64,000 nucleotides of DNA from Nitrospinaceae bacterium (GCA_029261595.1 JAJDAZ010000039.1:21861-85860), one strand, 5' to 3'. Shown: positions 25,864 through 35,680, numbered from the stretch's first letter. The notes: generated from the sequence alone by a model not told the origin. Program-made: numbers and translations.

Positions 25864-28185
25864 ATGAATTTAGGTGAACGGGTCATTCGTTATAGATGGT
25901 GGATCATCTTGAGCACGGTTTTGCTGGTGATGGCGGCCGCCAGCGGCGGGCGCTTTTTAGGGTTTTCGACCGATTACCGGGCTTTCTTCAGCGAGGGCAA
26001 CCCGCAACTGGAGGCATTTGAAAGGATACAGAATACCTACACCAAAGAAGACAATCTCATGATCGCCCTTGAGCCGAAAAACGGTCGTGTGTTCAGTCGG
26101 GAATTTCTATCCGTCGTCGAGGAAGTGACTAAGGCCGCCTGGCAGACGCCCTATTCGATCCGGGTGGATTCCATCACCAATTTTCAGCATACCTGGGCGA
26201 ATGGCGATGACCTGGTGGTGGAAGACCTGGTGGAAGACGCATTCAATCTTTCCGATCAAGATCTCGAAAAGAAAAAGCAGATCGCTCTTAACGAACCCCT
26301 GCTCATCAACCGTCTCATCAATCCTTCAACGGACATGACTGCGGTGAACATGATCATCAACCTGCCGGGGAAATCCATCATGGAAACGCCGGAGGTGGTG
26401 GCTTTTGCCAGAGAGATGGCGGATGATATCCGCACAAAACATCCGGAGGTCAATGTCTATCTCACGGGCATCGTGTTTATGAATAACGCCTTCAGTGAGG
26501 CCGGACAAGGCGACATGAAAACCCTGGTCCCGATCATGTATCTGCTGGTGTTCATCATCATGACGGTGGTGCTGAGATCGTTCCTCGCTACCCTGACTAC
26601 AGTGATTGTCATCGCCTTTTCGATTTTGACTGGCATGGGGCTTGCGGGATGGGTGGGGATCCAGCTGACTCCTGTTTCTGCGAATGCCCCAACCATCATT
26701 CTCACGCTGGCGGTGGCGGACAGCATTCATCTTCTCGTGACGATGTTTCACGAAATGCGGCTGGGGAAAAGCAAGCGCGAAGCGATCATAGAAACTTTAC
26801 GCATCAACCATCAACCGGTTTTCATCACCAGTGTGACCACGGCAATCGGATTTTTGAGTTTGAATTTCGGTGACTCGCCGCCGTTCTGGCACCTCGGCAA
26901 CATCGTGGCCATGGGGGTGATGGCCGCTTACGTTTATTCGGTATTTTTCCTGCCGGCGGTTTTGGCGGTTTTACCTATCAAGGTCAAGGGCAGGTCAGAG
27001 GGCCGGCGGGAGTTTTTCGACCGCTTTGCGGACTTTGTCATTCAAAACCGTAAGGGCCTGTTCTGGGGCATGCTTGCTTTCATTATTGTCGTCGCCGCTC
27101 AAATACCCAGGATCGAGATCGACGAGAAATTCAACGAATATTTCGACACCCGTTACCAGTTCAGAAATGATAACGATTATGTGGAGTCGCGTCTTACTGG
27201 ATTTGAATCTATCAGTTATTCCCTGAACGCGGGCGAATCCGGCGGCATCAGCAATCCGGAATATCTGGAGAAGGTGGAACAATTCGCCGACTGGTACCGG
27301 CAACAGCCCGGAGTGATATATGTGAACACTCTGACCGATACCATGAAACGGTTGAATAAAAATCTCAATTACGACGACCCGTCCTTTTACAGGATTCCGG
27401 ACGAACGCAACCTCTCGGCACAATACCTGTTGCTGTATGAGTTGTCCCTGCCCTTCGGGCTGGATCTGAACAATCAAATCAATGTGGACAAATCGTCTTC
27501 CCGGTTTACGGCGGTTCTTGAAAGTATTTCCACCAGGGAGGCGCTTGATCTGGAAGACAGTGCTCAGGCATGGCTCAAGGAAAATGGGCTTCCCAGCATG
27601 GCAACGCATGGCGCGAGTCCTTTGATCATGTTTTCTCATATTGCTAAGCGCAACCTCATGAGCATGATGGGGGGAACGCTTCTGGCCCTGCTTCTGATCT
27701 CCGTCATCCTGATGGTCGTGCTTCGCAGTTTGAAAATCGGGATGGTGAGCATCATTCCCAATATCGGACCGGTGTTCATGACGTTCGGGGTATGGGGGCT
27801 TATTTATCAACAAATCGGTTTTGCCGTTGCGGTGGTGGCGCCAGTGGCGCTTGGAATCATCGTCGATGACACGGTGCATTTTTTGAGCAAATACCTGCGC
27901 GCCCGCGGGGAACAAGGCAAAAGCCCGGAAGATGCAGTCCGCTATTCATTTCATACGGTGGGCACGGCTCTCGGGGTGACTTCTTTCATTCTGGTGGCCG
28001 GGTTTCTGGTGTTGTCTTATTCCGGGTTCACCATGAATTCGCATCTGGGCATCATGACGACCATCGCCATTCTTTCGGCCCTGCTGGCGGACTTTTTATT
28101 CCTGCCTCCGCTGTTGATGAAACTGGAGGGGAAAAAACAGGAGATGCCCGGAATGAGAGGGTCGGTAGCAACGGAAACGATTTAA
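25864..28185 (+). CDS. RND-superfamily exporter (MMPL/HpnN-like, 12 TM)
   Basis: 773 aa with two hydrophobic 6-TM bundles separated by periplasmic loops. Typical MMPL layout. Confidence 0.8.
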   Translation: MNLGERVIRYRWWIILSTVLLVMAAASGGRFLGFSTDYRAFFSEGNPQLEAFERIQNTYTKEDNLMIALEPKNGRVFSREFLSVVEEVTKAAWQTPYSIRVDSITNFQHTWANGDDLVVEDLVEDAFNLSDQDLEKKKQIALNEPLLINRLINPSTDMTAVNMIINLPGKSIMETPEVVAFAREMADDIRTKHPEVNVYLTGIVFMNNAFSEAGQGDMKTLVPIMYLLVFIIMTVVLRSFLATLTTVIVIAFSILTGMGLAGWVGIQLTPVSANAPTIILTLAVADSIHLLVTMFHEMRLGKSKREAIIETLRINHQPVFITSVTTAIGFLSLNFGDSPPFWHLGNIVAMGVMAAYVYSVFFLPAVLAVLPIKVKGRSEGRREFFDRFADFVIQNRKGLFWGMLAFIIVVAAQIPRIEIDEKFNEYFDTRYQFRNDNDYVESRLTGFESISYSLNAGESGGISNPEYLEKVEQFADWYRQQPGVIYVNTLTDTMKRLNKNLNYDDPSFYRIPDERNLSAQYLLLYELSLPFGLDLNNQINVDKSSSRFTAVLESISTREALDLEDSAQAWLKENGLPSMATHGASPLIMFSHIAKRNLMSMMGGTLLALLLISVILMVVLRSLKIGMVSIIPNIGPVFMTFGVWGLIYQQIGFAVAVVAPVALGIIVDDTVHFLSKYLRARGEQGKSPEDAVRYSFHTVGTALGVTSFILVAGFLVLSYSGFTMNSHLGIMTTIAILSALLADFLFLPPLLMKLEGKKQEMPGMRGSVATETI

Positions 28186-28243
28186 ACTTTTTTAATCGAT
28201 ACCCTCTTGGAATGATTAAATTTTTTTGTCAGGAGAAACACTC

Positions 28244-29026
28244 ATGATTCGAGTTCTTATTTTTTGTACACTATTTTTTCTTTCACCCTTGTCTGTTGTG
28301 GCCGAGACGCCCGAAGAAAAAGGGCTGGCCATCGCGGTGGAGGACGATAAGCGCGATAACGGTTTCGGTGATTTCACCGCCAAAATGGTGATGGTCTTAA
28401 AAAACCGCCAGGGCGAGGAAAGCCGCCGGGACATTCGCAATAAAACCCTGGAAGTCGAGGGGGACGGGGACAAATCCCTTGTCATTTTCGACAAGCCGAG
28501 AGATGTCAAGGGCACGGCTTTACTGAACTTCACCCACAAGACGGGTAATGACGACCAGTGGCTCTTTCTCCCGGCGTTGAAGCGGGTCAAGCGCATCAGC
28601 TCGTCCAACAAATCCGGCTCATTCATGGGCAGTGAATTCGCGTACGAAGACGTGACCAGCCAGGAAGTGGAAAAATACACTTACAAATGGATACGCGATG
28701 AAACTTTGGACGGCAAGGAATGTTTTGTGTTCGAGCGCACCCCGACCTACAAAAATTCCGGTTACACCCGTCAGGTGGTCTGGCTGGATAAAAAGGAATA
28801 CCGTATCTACAAGATCGATTTTTACGATCGCAAAAACGCGCTTCTTAAAACCCAGACCAATAAGGACTACAAACAATACCTGGATCAGTACTGGCAACCC
28901 AACGAAATGTTCATGAAAAATCACCAGACCGGGAAAAGCACTGTTTTGACCTGGTCTGACTACAAATTTCGCACCGGGTTGAAGGATAAAAGTTTCAACA
29001 AAAACAGCCTGAAACGCGCCCGTTAG
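28244..29026 (+). CDS. LolA-like outer-membrane lipoprotein-sorting protein family, exported
   Basis: ATG at 28244 with an AGGAGA SD. Signal peptide MIRVLIFCTLFFLSPLSVVA. Shows the family-typical DQWLFLPALKRVKRIS motif. Confidence 0.7.
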   Translation: MIRVLIFCTLFFLSPLSVVAETPEEKGLAIAVEDDKRDNGFGDFTAKMVMVLKNRQGEESRRDIRNKTLEVEGDGDKSLVIFDKPRDVKGTALLNFTHKTGNDDQWLFLPALKRVKRISSSNKSGSFMGSEFAYEDVTSQEVEKYTYKWIRDETLDGKECFVFERTPTYKNSGYTRQVVWLDKKEYRIYKIDFYDRKNALLKTQTNKDYKQYLDQYWQPNEMFMKNHQTGKSTVLTWSDYKFRTGLKDKSFNKNSLKRAR

Positions 29027-30270
29027 TGTTCATGATTTTTCAAGGTCATTGCCAGAACCGGAGACGGTTGTTATCCCGATGGGGGTGGGCGGTGCTGACG
29101 GTTTTGGGTTTCATTGGCCTCTCAATTAATACCGTGTTCGCCCATGAGTTTTCCGGGTTTGTGGGTGGAGAAGCCAGGGTATTTGCCCAGAGCGCCATCC
29201 AGCCGGGGCAGAAGGACCACTCCGCCTCCTTCGTCCTCAACCCGGAGTATTACCACGAATTCGATAACGGTAGCAGTTTCACGTTTGTCCCCTTTTTCCG
29301 TGTGGACAGCGCCGACGACGAACGCACTCATTTTGATTTGAGAGAGCTCACCTATCTCTGGTTGCATGATAGTCTGGAATTGAGGCTGGGAGTGCGCAAG
29401 GTGTTCTGGGGCGTCACCGAAGTGGTGCACCTGGTGGACATCATCAACCAAACCGACGGGGTGGAGAACGTCGATACGGAAGACAAATTGGGCCAACCGA
29501 TGGTGAACCTTTCGTTTGCCAGGGATTGGGGTACCGTGGATTTATTCATGCTGCCGTTTTTCCGCGAGCGCACTTTTCCCGGAAAGGGAGGTCGCTTGCG
29601 CTCAGCTCTGGTAGTGGATACGGATCGGGCGGTGTTTGAAAGCGCCGCCCAGGAATGGCACACCGATTGGGCGGTTCGCTACAGCCATTTTTTTGGCGAC
29701 TTCGACGTCGGTCTGTACCATTTCATTGGCACGGGCCGCGAACCCACCTTGCTTGCGAGTACGGACGGCTCTGGAAACCCGATTCTGGTTCCGCTCTATG
29801 AGCAGATCAACCAGACCGGGCTGGATGTGTCCTACGTCGTCAATGACTGGCTGTGGAAGCTGGAGGCGATTTACCGGGCAGGGCAGGGGAGCGAAGATTA
29901 TTCTTCGGTGACCGGCGGGTTCGAATACACCTTCACCCGGATTCTGGAAACCGCAATGGATCTGGGCGTCGTGATGGAAGGGATTTTTGACGACCGGGGG
30001 GACAGCGCCACCACCCCTTTGGAAAACGATATTGCTCTGGCCCTTCGTCTCACGGTCAACGATCCGGAAAGCACCGAAGCCCTGTTGGGATTCTTGCAGG
30101 ATGTGAAGGAAAACGCCCGGTCTGTGTTCCTGGAGACCAGTCGCCGCTTCGGGGACAATTGGAAATTAACGGTTGAAATGCGGGCCTCATTCAGTCAACC
30201 TGAAAGTGATCTCCTTTTCGATCAGCGCGCCGATGACTTGTTGCAAATGGAGCTCAACTATTATTTTTAA
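29026..30270 (+). CDS. Putative outer-membrane beta-barrel protein
   Basis: GTG overlaps the upstream stop (ATG at 29032 is the alternative start). Has a signal peptide, alternating aromatic/polar pattern and a C-terminal ...LNYYF typical of OMPs. Confidence 0.6.
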   Translation: MFMIFQGHCQNRRRLLSRWGWAVLTVLGFIGLSINTVFAHEFSGFVGGEARVFAQSAIQPGQKDHSASFVLNPEYYHEFDNGSSFTFVPFFRVDSADDERTHFDLRELTYLWLHDSLELRLGVRKVFWGVTEVVHLVDIINQTDGVENVDTEDKLGQPMVNLSFARDWGTVDLFMLPFFRERTFPGKGGRLRSALVVDTDRAVFESAAQEWHTDWAVRYSHFFGDFDVGLYHFIGTGREPTLLASTDGSGNPILVPLYEQINQTGLDVSYVVNDWLWKLEAIYRAGQGSEDYSSVTGGFEYTFTRILETAMDLGVVMEGIFDDRGDSATTPLENDIALALRLTVNDPESTEALLGFLQDVKENARSVFLETSRRFGDNWKLTVEMRASFSQPESDLLFDQRADDLLQMELNYYF

Positions 30271-30293
30271 ATTGTTGGCAGGGGAATGGCCAA

Positions 30294-31622
30294 ATGAATC
30301 TATTTAAATGGACACTGACGGTTCTGGCAGGTTTTTTGTTGGCATCCGCCCCCGTCAGAATGGGAATCGCCGAAGGCGCCGACAATACCTTCAACCAATT
30401 GTTGATGGAAAAACTGACTCTTGAGCAAGTTCATGGCGTCAAATCTCTCGAGTGTTTTCCCTTCATCGAAAAGATCGGTTTTACTGAAGATCAGATTCCT
30501 CTGATTGAGAACTGTCTGGTCGGAACCCGTACTTTAATTAAGGCCCTGACAAAGGTTCAAAAAGCCGACATCCGCAAAATTGGAATCAGCGACCGGTTCC
30601 TTCGGACCGGAGGTTTTCAATCCATCCTTGTTCCCTGGGATGCCTCTCTGGATAAGATGATGCAATTCCTGGAACAACGTCCGGGCGACGGGGAGCAAAA
30701 AACATTCCTGGAAAAAATTCATGCGTTGAAGCGAACCATTGCAAAAAAGATTGCCATCAGCGAATTTTATTGCAGTTTGCAGATTTCCAACGAGCAATGC
30801 CATGACGGATACAAAAATCTGGCTAAAATAAAATCCGCGCCTGAAAAAATGAAATGGCGGGAAATCCTCATTACCAAAAGCCATGTTTCCCAAAAAGACC
30901 CCTATATTCTGACCCTGGGTTTTGGCAATTCACCGGAAGAAATGGAAAGCCTCCTGCAACTAGACGTTGATAAAATCTGGTCGGTGCGGAAAAAAGGCTA
31001 CGAGGAAATTCAGACGAAGTATGGCCAGGCTTTTAAGGAAAGGCTGCAACTGGAAAATTTTTTCTGCGCCCCGGACCTGTCCCTTAAAGAATGCCGGCAG
31101 GGAGCATTGAACTTGTTTCAGGCCAGCGAAAACGAAGCCCTGCAAGAAAAATTCTGGGGAATGTTGAACGTGGTTCGGTTCAACACCCTCATTGAAGATG
31201 ATTTCAATGTGTCGCTCCGCTACGATTTGCCCGCCAGTGAAATCGTCCAGTATTTTTCTAAGAAGCCGTCCCGCAAGGAGGCGACCAAAAACACCATCAT
31301 GGCGGAAAAACAGGAAGGCCGGTCCAAGAACAATCATGCCGGGCTCAGGGGAGTTTGCGACCTGGATGGCCTGGGGTCCGCCCTTTGCGCAAAAGCGTTC
31401 GACAACTTCATCGCCTTCCTGAAAAAAAACCGCGACTATCGCGTGGCCCCGCCCTGGGCCAACCTGATGTTTGTGGATGGCAGGCAATTGGCGAGGGTCA
31501 ACTTCGCCCTCAATTCCTCATCGAGAGACAACTACCTTTATGTAGACGCGGACACGAGCTCAGGAGAACTGGAAACTTATCTTGGAATATTTGAACGTCA
31601 GAAGGGCGGCGAGGAGGGATGA
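30294..31622 (+). CDS. Hypothetical secreted protein with four Cys-pair modules
   Basis: Signal peptide MNLFKWTLTVLAGFLLASAPV. Repeated modules are FYCSLQISNEQCHDGYKNL, FFCAPDLSLKECRQGALNL, GVCDLDGLGSALCAKAFDNF and LECF..ENCLVG. Confidence 0.6.
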   Translation: MNLFKWTLTVLAGFLLASAPVRMGIAEGADNTFNQLLMEKLTLEQVHGVKSLECFPFIEKIGFTEDQIPLIENCLVGTRTLIKALTKVQKADIRKIGISDRFLRTGGFQSILVPWDASLDKMMQFLEQRPGDGEQKTFLEKIHALKRTIAKKIAISEFYCSLQISNEQCHDGYKNLAKIKSAPEKMKWREILITKSHVSQKDPYILTLGFGNSPEEMESLLQLDVDKIWSVRKKGYEEIQTKYGQAFKERLQLENFFCAPDLSLKECRQGALNLFQASENEALQEKFWGMLNVVRFNTLIEDDFNVSLRYDLPASEIVQYFSKKPSRKEATKNTIMAEKQEGRSKNNHAGLRGVCDLDGLGSALCAKAFDNFIAFLKKNRDYRVAPPWANLMFVDGRQLARVNFALNSSSRDNYLYVDADTSSGELETYLGIFERQKGGEEG

Positions 31623-31632
31623 CCCGGTCCGT

Positions 31633-32097
31633 TTAATCTGAAACCTCTACTTTGCCTTGCCGGGTTTCCTGTGGCAGAAGGTAGTGGCGGGTGTCGTATT
31701 CCGACGAAGTCAGGACAAATTGTCTGGCCAGACCGGAAGTGCTATTGATGACGAGGGGAGCTACCAGATTGGCGGTCATGTCCAAGAAGTTTTCCGGAAT
31801 CGTTACAATAACGCGCGTTAATAAAGAGTTCCCCGGCTGGAACTGAATCTGCGATTTTTCACCCTCGGTCAATTTCACCGAATAATCCGGGACATAGAGG
31901 AACGGGTCGGTGATGACAAACGCCAAACCGGGTGTCTTGAGCGACTGCATCCATTCCATCGGGCTTTCTACGTTGGGGGCGAAAGGCAGGCGGGTGAAAT
32001 GGTTTTCCCTTTCGAACCCATACAGGCCCACCGGGAAATTGAGAATTTCCGTTTCCTTCACTTCAATAATGCCAAACCGGGTGGTTTCGTATTTCAT
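31633..32097 (-). CDS. fliW: Flagellar assembly factor FliW
   Basis: 154 aa with the N-terminus TRFGIIEVKETEILNFPVGLYGFE characteristic of FliW. Its start overlaps the csrA stop (ATGA). Confidence 0.9.
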   Translation of the reverse strand: MKYETTRFGIIEVKETEILNFPVGLYGFERENHFTRLPFAPNVESPMEWMQSLKTPGLAFVITDPFLYVPDYSVKLTEGEKSQIQFQPGNSLLTRVIVTIPENFLDMTANLVAPLVINSTSGLARQFVLTSSEYDTRHYLLPQETRQGKVEVSD

Positions 32098-32333
32098 GAA
32101 TCCAGTTTATCTTTCATTAATTGAGAAATTTTTCCCATGTCAATATCCGCAGGCGTGGCCGCTGAGCGATTTTCCTGCTTGATTCTCAAAAATACCTCTT
32201 CGCGATAAATTTTGGTCTCCCTGGGAGCTTCGATTCCAAGGCGGATGTTTTTTCCTTTTACATCTATAACGGTTATTTTCACATCTTCATTAATTTTTAT
32301 ACTCTCGCCAATTTTTCTTGTGAGGACAAGCAT
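32094..32333 (-). CDS. csrA: Carbon storage regulator CsrA (long C-terminus, FliW-partner type)
   Basis: MLVLTRKIGESIKINEDVKITVIDVKGKNIRLGIEAPRETKIYREEV. Confidence 0.95.
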   Translation of the reverse strand: MLVLTRKIGESIKINEDVKITVIDVKGKNIRLGIEAPRETKIYREEVFLRIKQENRSAATPADIDMGKISQLMKDKLDS

Positions 32334-32510
32334 AGGTGGATTCCATTCCGTTTTTATGGCATTTTGGGGACAATGCTGGGATTATAACAAATTATGTGCC
32401 GGTTTTTGAATTATTTACCCCAAGGGCCCTCAGGGGTTATTCATTGACAGGTTGCGGTTGTTTATGTTAACTTTCGCGCTTTCCTCGTGCATCGGAAAAG
32501 CCTGTTTTTT

Positions 32511-32586
<76 letters not shown>

Positions 32587-32726
32587 CCACTCCGCGTGGA
32601 GCGAGTTTGCTGACGACGAGCTGGATTCCCTGCGTTTGTCTCAAACTTTTTCGCCGATCTTCCACCACCACAAAAATAGCTATTTTGGGGTTTTTCACCT
32701 CGCTGAAATTTTTTTTAAAAAAACAC

Positions 32727-32755
32727 TTGACAGAATGTGTATATACACTTATTCT
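32727..32755 (+). promoter_or_regulatory. marR promoter with operator site 1
   Basis: TTGACA (32727-32732), 17 nt spacer, TATTCT (32750-32755). The spacer contains the 12-bp perfect palindrome GTGTATATACAC (32737-32748). Confidence 0.65.
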
Positions 32756-32787
32756 GGTTTCAGAAACTAAATAAAGGATGTCAAAAG

Positions 32788-33243
32788 ATGACCTGCAAAG
32801 ACAAAACATACCGGCAACTCACAATATGTTCCTGCAACCTGGTCAGGCGGTCTGCTCGTAAGATCACGCAGTTTTATGAGAGAAACTTGCGTGAGGCTGG
32901 TATCAAACCCACGCAATTTTCGATTTTAGCGGCTTTGGCGAATACCGGGCCGGTGCCATTGACGCAACTGGCGGATCGTCTTTTACTGGAACGGACGAGC
33001 CTGACCCGGAACTTGAATGTGCTGGAGCGTCATGGCTGGGTAAAGCTTAAAGCGGGAGAAGAAGACCTGAGACAGCGTGTCGTGTCTTTATCCGAAAAAG
33101 GGTACGCCAAGGTCGACCAGGCGATTCCCTATTGGCAAAAATCCCAGAAGGCCATCGCCGATGAATTGGGATGGGAGGCAATGAATGGTTTGAAGACAAT
33201 CCTTGGTGAATTAACAGAAAACGTCACAAAGCCCGTTTTTTAA
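32788..33243 (+). CDS. MarR family transcriptional regulator
   Basis: ATG at 32788 with an AAGGA SD. Winged-helix region TQFSILAALANTGPVPLTQLADRLLLERTSLTRNLNVLERHGWV. Confidence 0.85.
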   Translation: MTCKDKTYRQLTICSCNLVRRSARKITQFYERNLREAGIKPTQFSILAALANTGPVPLTQLADRLLLERTSLTRNLNVLERHGWVKLKAGEEDLRQRVVSLSEKGYAKVDQAIPYWQKSQKAIADELGWEAMNGLKTILGELTENVTKPVF

Positions 33244-33251
33244 TTTTTTAA

Positions 33252-33264
33252 GTGTATATGCACT
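33252..33264 (+). promoter_or_regulatory. Operator site 2 (GTGTATATGCACT)
   Basis: Same 13-mer as site 1 with one change. Lies 32 nt upstream of the 33296 ATG. Confidence 0.55.
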
Positions 33265-33295
33265 AAATTAGCCATACTTTAAAAGGAGAAATACA

Positions 33296-34426
33296 ATGGC
33301 CAAATCAACAATACTTGTAACAAGCGGGGCAGGAAACACCGGTATTCCGACGACTCTTCAACTTCTGGAAAAAGGTTATCCTGTGCGGGCCTTTGTCAGA
33401 AAGGATGACCATCGCGCAAAACGGCTCAGAGATGCCGGCGCGGACATCTTTATCGGCGATCAGTTTTCGGTCAGCGACATGCGTCGGGCGATGGATGGCG
33501 TGCAGCGGGCTTACCACTGCGCTCCGGCATCCATAAGTGCTTTACACTTCGGTACTATTTTTGCGACTGCGGCGAAAGAAGCCCACATTGAGCATGTGGT
33601 TTTTCTTGGACAGTGGCTTTCAGGCCCCGATCATCCGTCTATGGCGACGCGCGAAGTCTGGCTCAATGAAGAGGTTCTTAAGCTGTTGCCCAATACGACA
33701 TTTACGGTGAACAATGTGGGCTGGTTTGCTCAAAATTATTTCATAGGGGCTCTGGAACCTGCCGCTCAACTGGGCATTTTGCCCCTGCCTCTTGGCGATG
33801 GCGATGTGAAAAAAAACGCGCCTCCATCCAATGAAGATATTGCTGCTGTCAATGTAGCGGCGCTCATCGATCCTGAAAAACACGCAGGCAAAACCTATCG
33901 CCCGACGGGGCCAAAGCTTCTTTCACTCAATGAAATCGCGGCCATCATGGGCAAAGTTCTGGGGCGCACAGTAAAATATCAGAATGTTCCCGAATCCATG
34001 TTGTTAAAAGCGCTTAAGGTCGATGGTATCCCGCAGTTTATTTCAACCCAGCTCGCTTTGTATGCCGATGAATACAGGCGCGGAGCCTTTGCCATCCATG
34101 CACCGAATAATGTGGTCCGTGATTTGACGGGACGCGAGCCGGAAGACTTTGAAACCCTCACCCGGCGAATTGTGGCGACACGCCCGGAAGCCGTTCAGAC
34201 TTTTGGCAACAAGCTGAAGGCCATTAAGAAATTCATGCAAATCCTGTTGACCGCAAATATCGACCCGGACGTGGTGGCACACGAGCAGGAACATGTTCTA
34301 CTTCAATCACCCAAATTTGTACAAGACAGCCAAGGCTGGCGTAAAAGGCATGATCCCAATGCAGGATACATTGCCGATGCGCCTGAAAATACAAGTAATC
34401 TGGTATCACTCGTTCGTAGCGCGTGA
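33296..34426 (+). CDS. NmrA-like NAD(P)-binding family protein (long form)
   Basis: N-terminal ILVTSGAGNTGIPTTLQLLEKGYPVRAFVRK Rossmann motif. 376 aa. Confidence 0.75.
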   Translation: MAKSTILVTSGAGNTGIPTTLQLLEKGYPVRAFVRKDDHRAKRLRDAGADIFIGDQFSVSDMRRAMDGVQRAYHCAPASISALHFGTIFATAAKEAHIEHVVFLGQWLSGPDHPSMATREVWLNEEVLKLLPNTTFTVNNVGWFAQNYFIGALEPAAQLGILPLPLGDGDVKKNAPPSNEDIAAVNVAALIDPEKHAGKTYRPTGPKLLSLNEIAAIMGKVLGRTVKYQNVPESMLLKALKVDGIPQFISTQLALYADEYRRGAFAIHAPNNVVRDLTGREPEDFETLTRRIVATRPEAVQTFGNKLKAIKKFMQILLTANIDPDVVAHEQEHVLLQSPKFVQDSQGWRKRHDPNAGYIADAPENTSNLVSLVRSA

Positions 34427-34444
34427 ATTTTTTTAATCAATTAA

Positions 34445-34457
34445 ATGTATATACACT
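34445..34457 (+). promoter_or_regulatory. Operator site 3 (ATGTATATACACT)
   Basis: Same 13-mer with one change. Lies 31 nt upstream of the 34488 ATG. Confidence 0.5.
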
Positions 34458-34487
34458 TTTTTAAACCAACGGATAAGGAGAAACCCA

Positions 34488-35417
34488 ATGAAACTGACTA
34501 TTTTTGTGACCGGAGCCACAGGAAAAACAGGATTTTTTGCAGCCAGGACCCTGCTCGAAAAAGGTTATCGCGTGAAAGCGATGGCGCGAAAAGAATCAGC
34601 CACCACAAGAGAGCTCCAAGCTCTCGGCGCCGAAATCGTCCATGCCGATTTTCTTAACCTTGCATCCATGGAGCAGGCGTTGAAAGGCGTCGATAGAGCC
34701 TATTTCGTGTATCCACCGGAGAACGGCCTTTTGAAAGCGACCGCGATCTTTATCCTGGCCGCCCAGGCAAACAATATGAAGACCCTCGTCAATATGTCTC
34801 AATTGCCTTCGCGTCAGGACCACAACAGCGCATTGACCAGCGAACACTGGCTTGGGGAACAAATGCTGGACATGTCGGGAATCGCAGTGACCCATGTGCG
34901 CCCGACGTTCTTCGCTGAAATGCTTTATCTGATGAACGGGGCCAATATCCTGAGAGAGGGAAAAATGTATCTCGGGCACGGTGATGCTTATCATGCCCCG
35001 ATCACAGGGGAAGATATTGGACGCAGTGTTGCCGCCATATTGGACCACCCGGAAAAACATGAAGGTCAGCGTTACATTTTGACGGGCCCCGAACGCCTCT
35101 CTCAACACGACATCGCTCAAATCGCATCGGAGGTTTTGGGAAGTGAAATTCAGTATGTTCCGATCACTCTTGAGCAATGGGCCGATGCCGCGAAGGAAGC
35201 CGGTTTGTTATCGGAATTTTTAATCAAACATCTGGTAGAGGTTTCCAGGGACTATCGAAACGGTGTTTTTGATAAAATCACGACAACGGTTGAAGAGTTG
35301 ACGGGTCAAAAGCCGACGGATATGCGGACTTTCGTTGAGGACAACCGATCCTATTTTACGCCTGAATATCTGAAAGCTTATGCAGAAAAAATGGTGGCTG
35401 AAAAACAAGCGGCCTAA
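34488..35417 (+). CDS. NmrA-like NAD(P)-binding family protein
   Basis: IFVTGATGKTGFFAARTLLEKGYRVKAMARK. 309 aa. Confidence 0.8.
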   Translation: MKLTIFVTGATGKTGFFAARTLLEKGYRVKAMARKESATTRELQALGAEIVHADFLNLASMEQALKGVDRAYFVYPPENGLLKATAIFILAAQANNMKTLVNMSQLPSRQDHNSALTSEHWLGEQMLDMSGIAVTHVRPTFFAEMLYLMNGANILREGKMYLGHGDAYHAPITGEDIGRSVAAILDHPEKHEGQRYILTGPERLSQHDIAQIASEVLGSEIQYVPITLEQWADAAKEAGLLSEFLIKHLVEVSRDYRNGVFDKITTTVEELTGQKPTDMRTFVEDNRSYFTPEYLKAYAEKMVAEKQAA

Positions 35418-35455
35418 GAAAGCTCGATTGACCCAGGATAAAAGAAAACCATCTT

Positions 35456-35486
35456 CATAACCGGTGCCTCCCGGGCATCGGTTATG
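35456..35486 (+). terminator. Terminator-like 13-bp hairpin after the second NmrA gene
   Basis: CATAACCGGTGCC-tcccg-GGCATCGGTTATG (one G-U pair). No U-run follows. Confidence 0.45.
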
Positions 35487-35680
35487 AATGGGCTCTGTAG
35501 CTTAGAGATTCCCCTTAACGCCTCCTCCTGTTGTTTTTTTTATCATAGATTTTGTCTATCACTTTATAAAAATAAACGATTTTACCTATCTTTGAGATTC
35601 CTCCATACTGCTTTTGTAACAAGATGAATCACTAAAACTTATTAACAAGATGGATTATTAAAAATACACAGGAGGCAGTT

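Noticed and set aside
35545-35559. OxyR box upstream of the catalase gene (ATAG-N7-CTAT)
   Set aside because: Only one of the two required half-palindromes is present, and the second repeat 7 nt downstream does not match. No oxyR is in the window.
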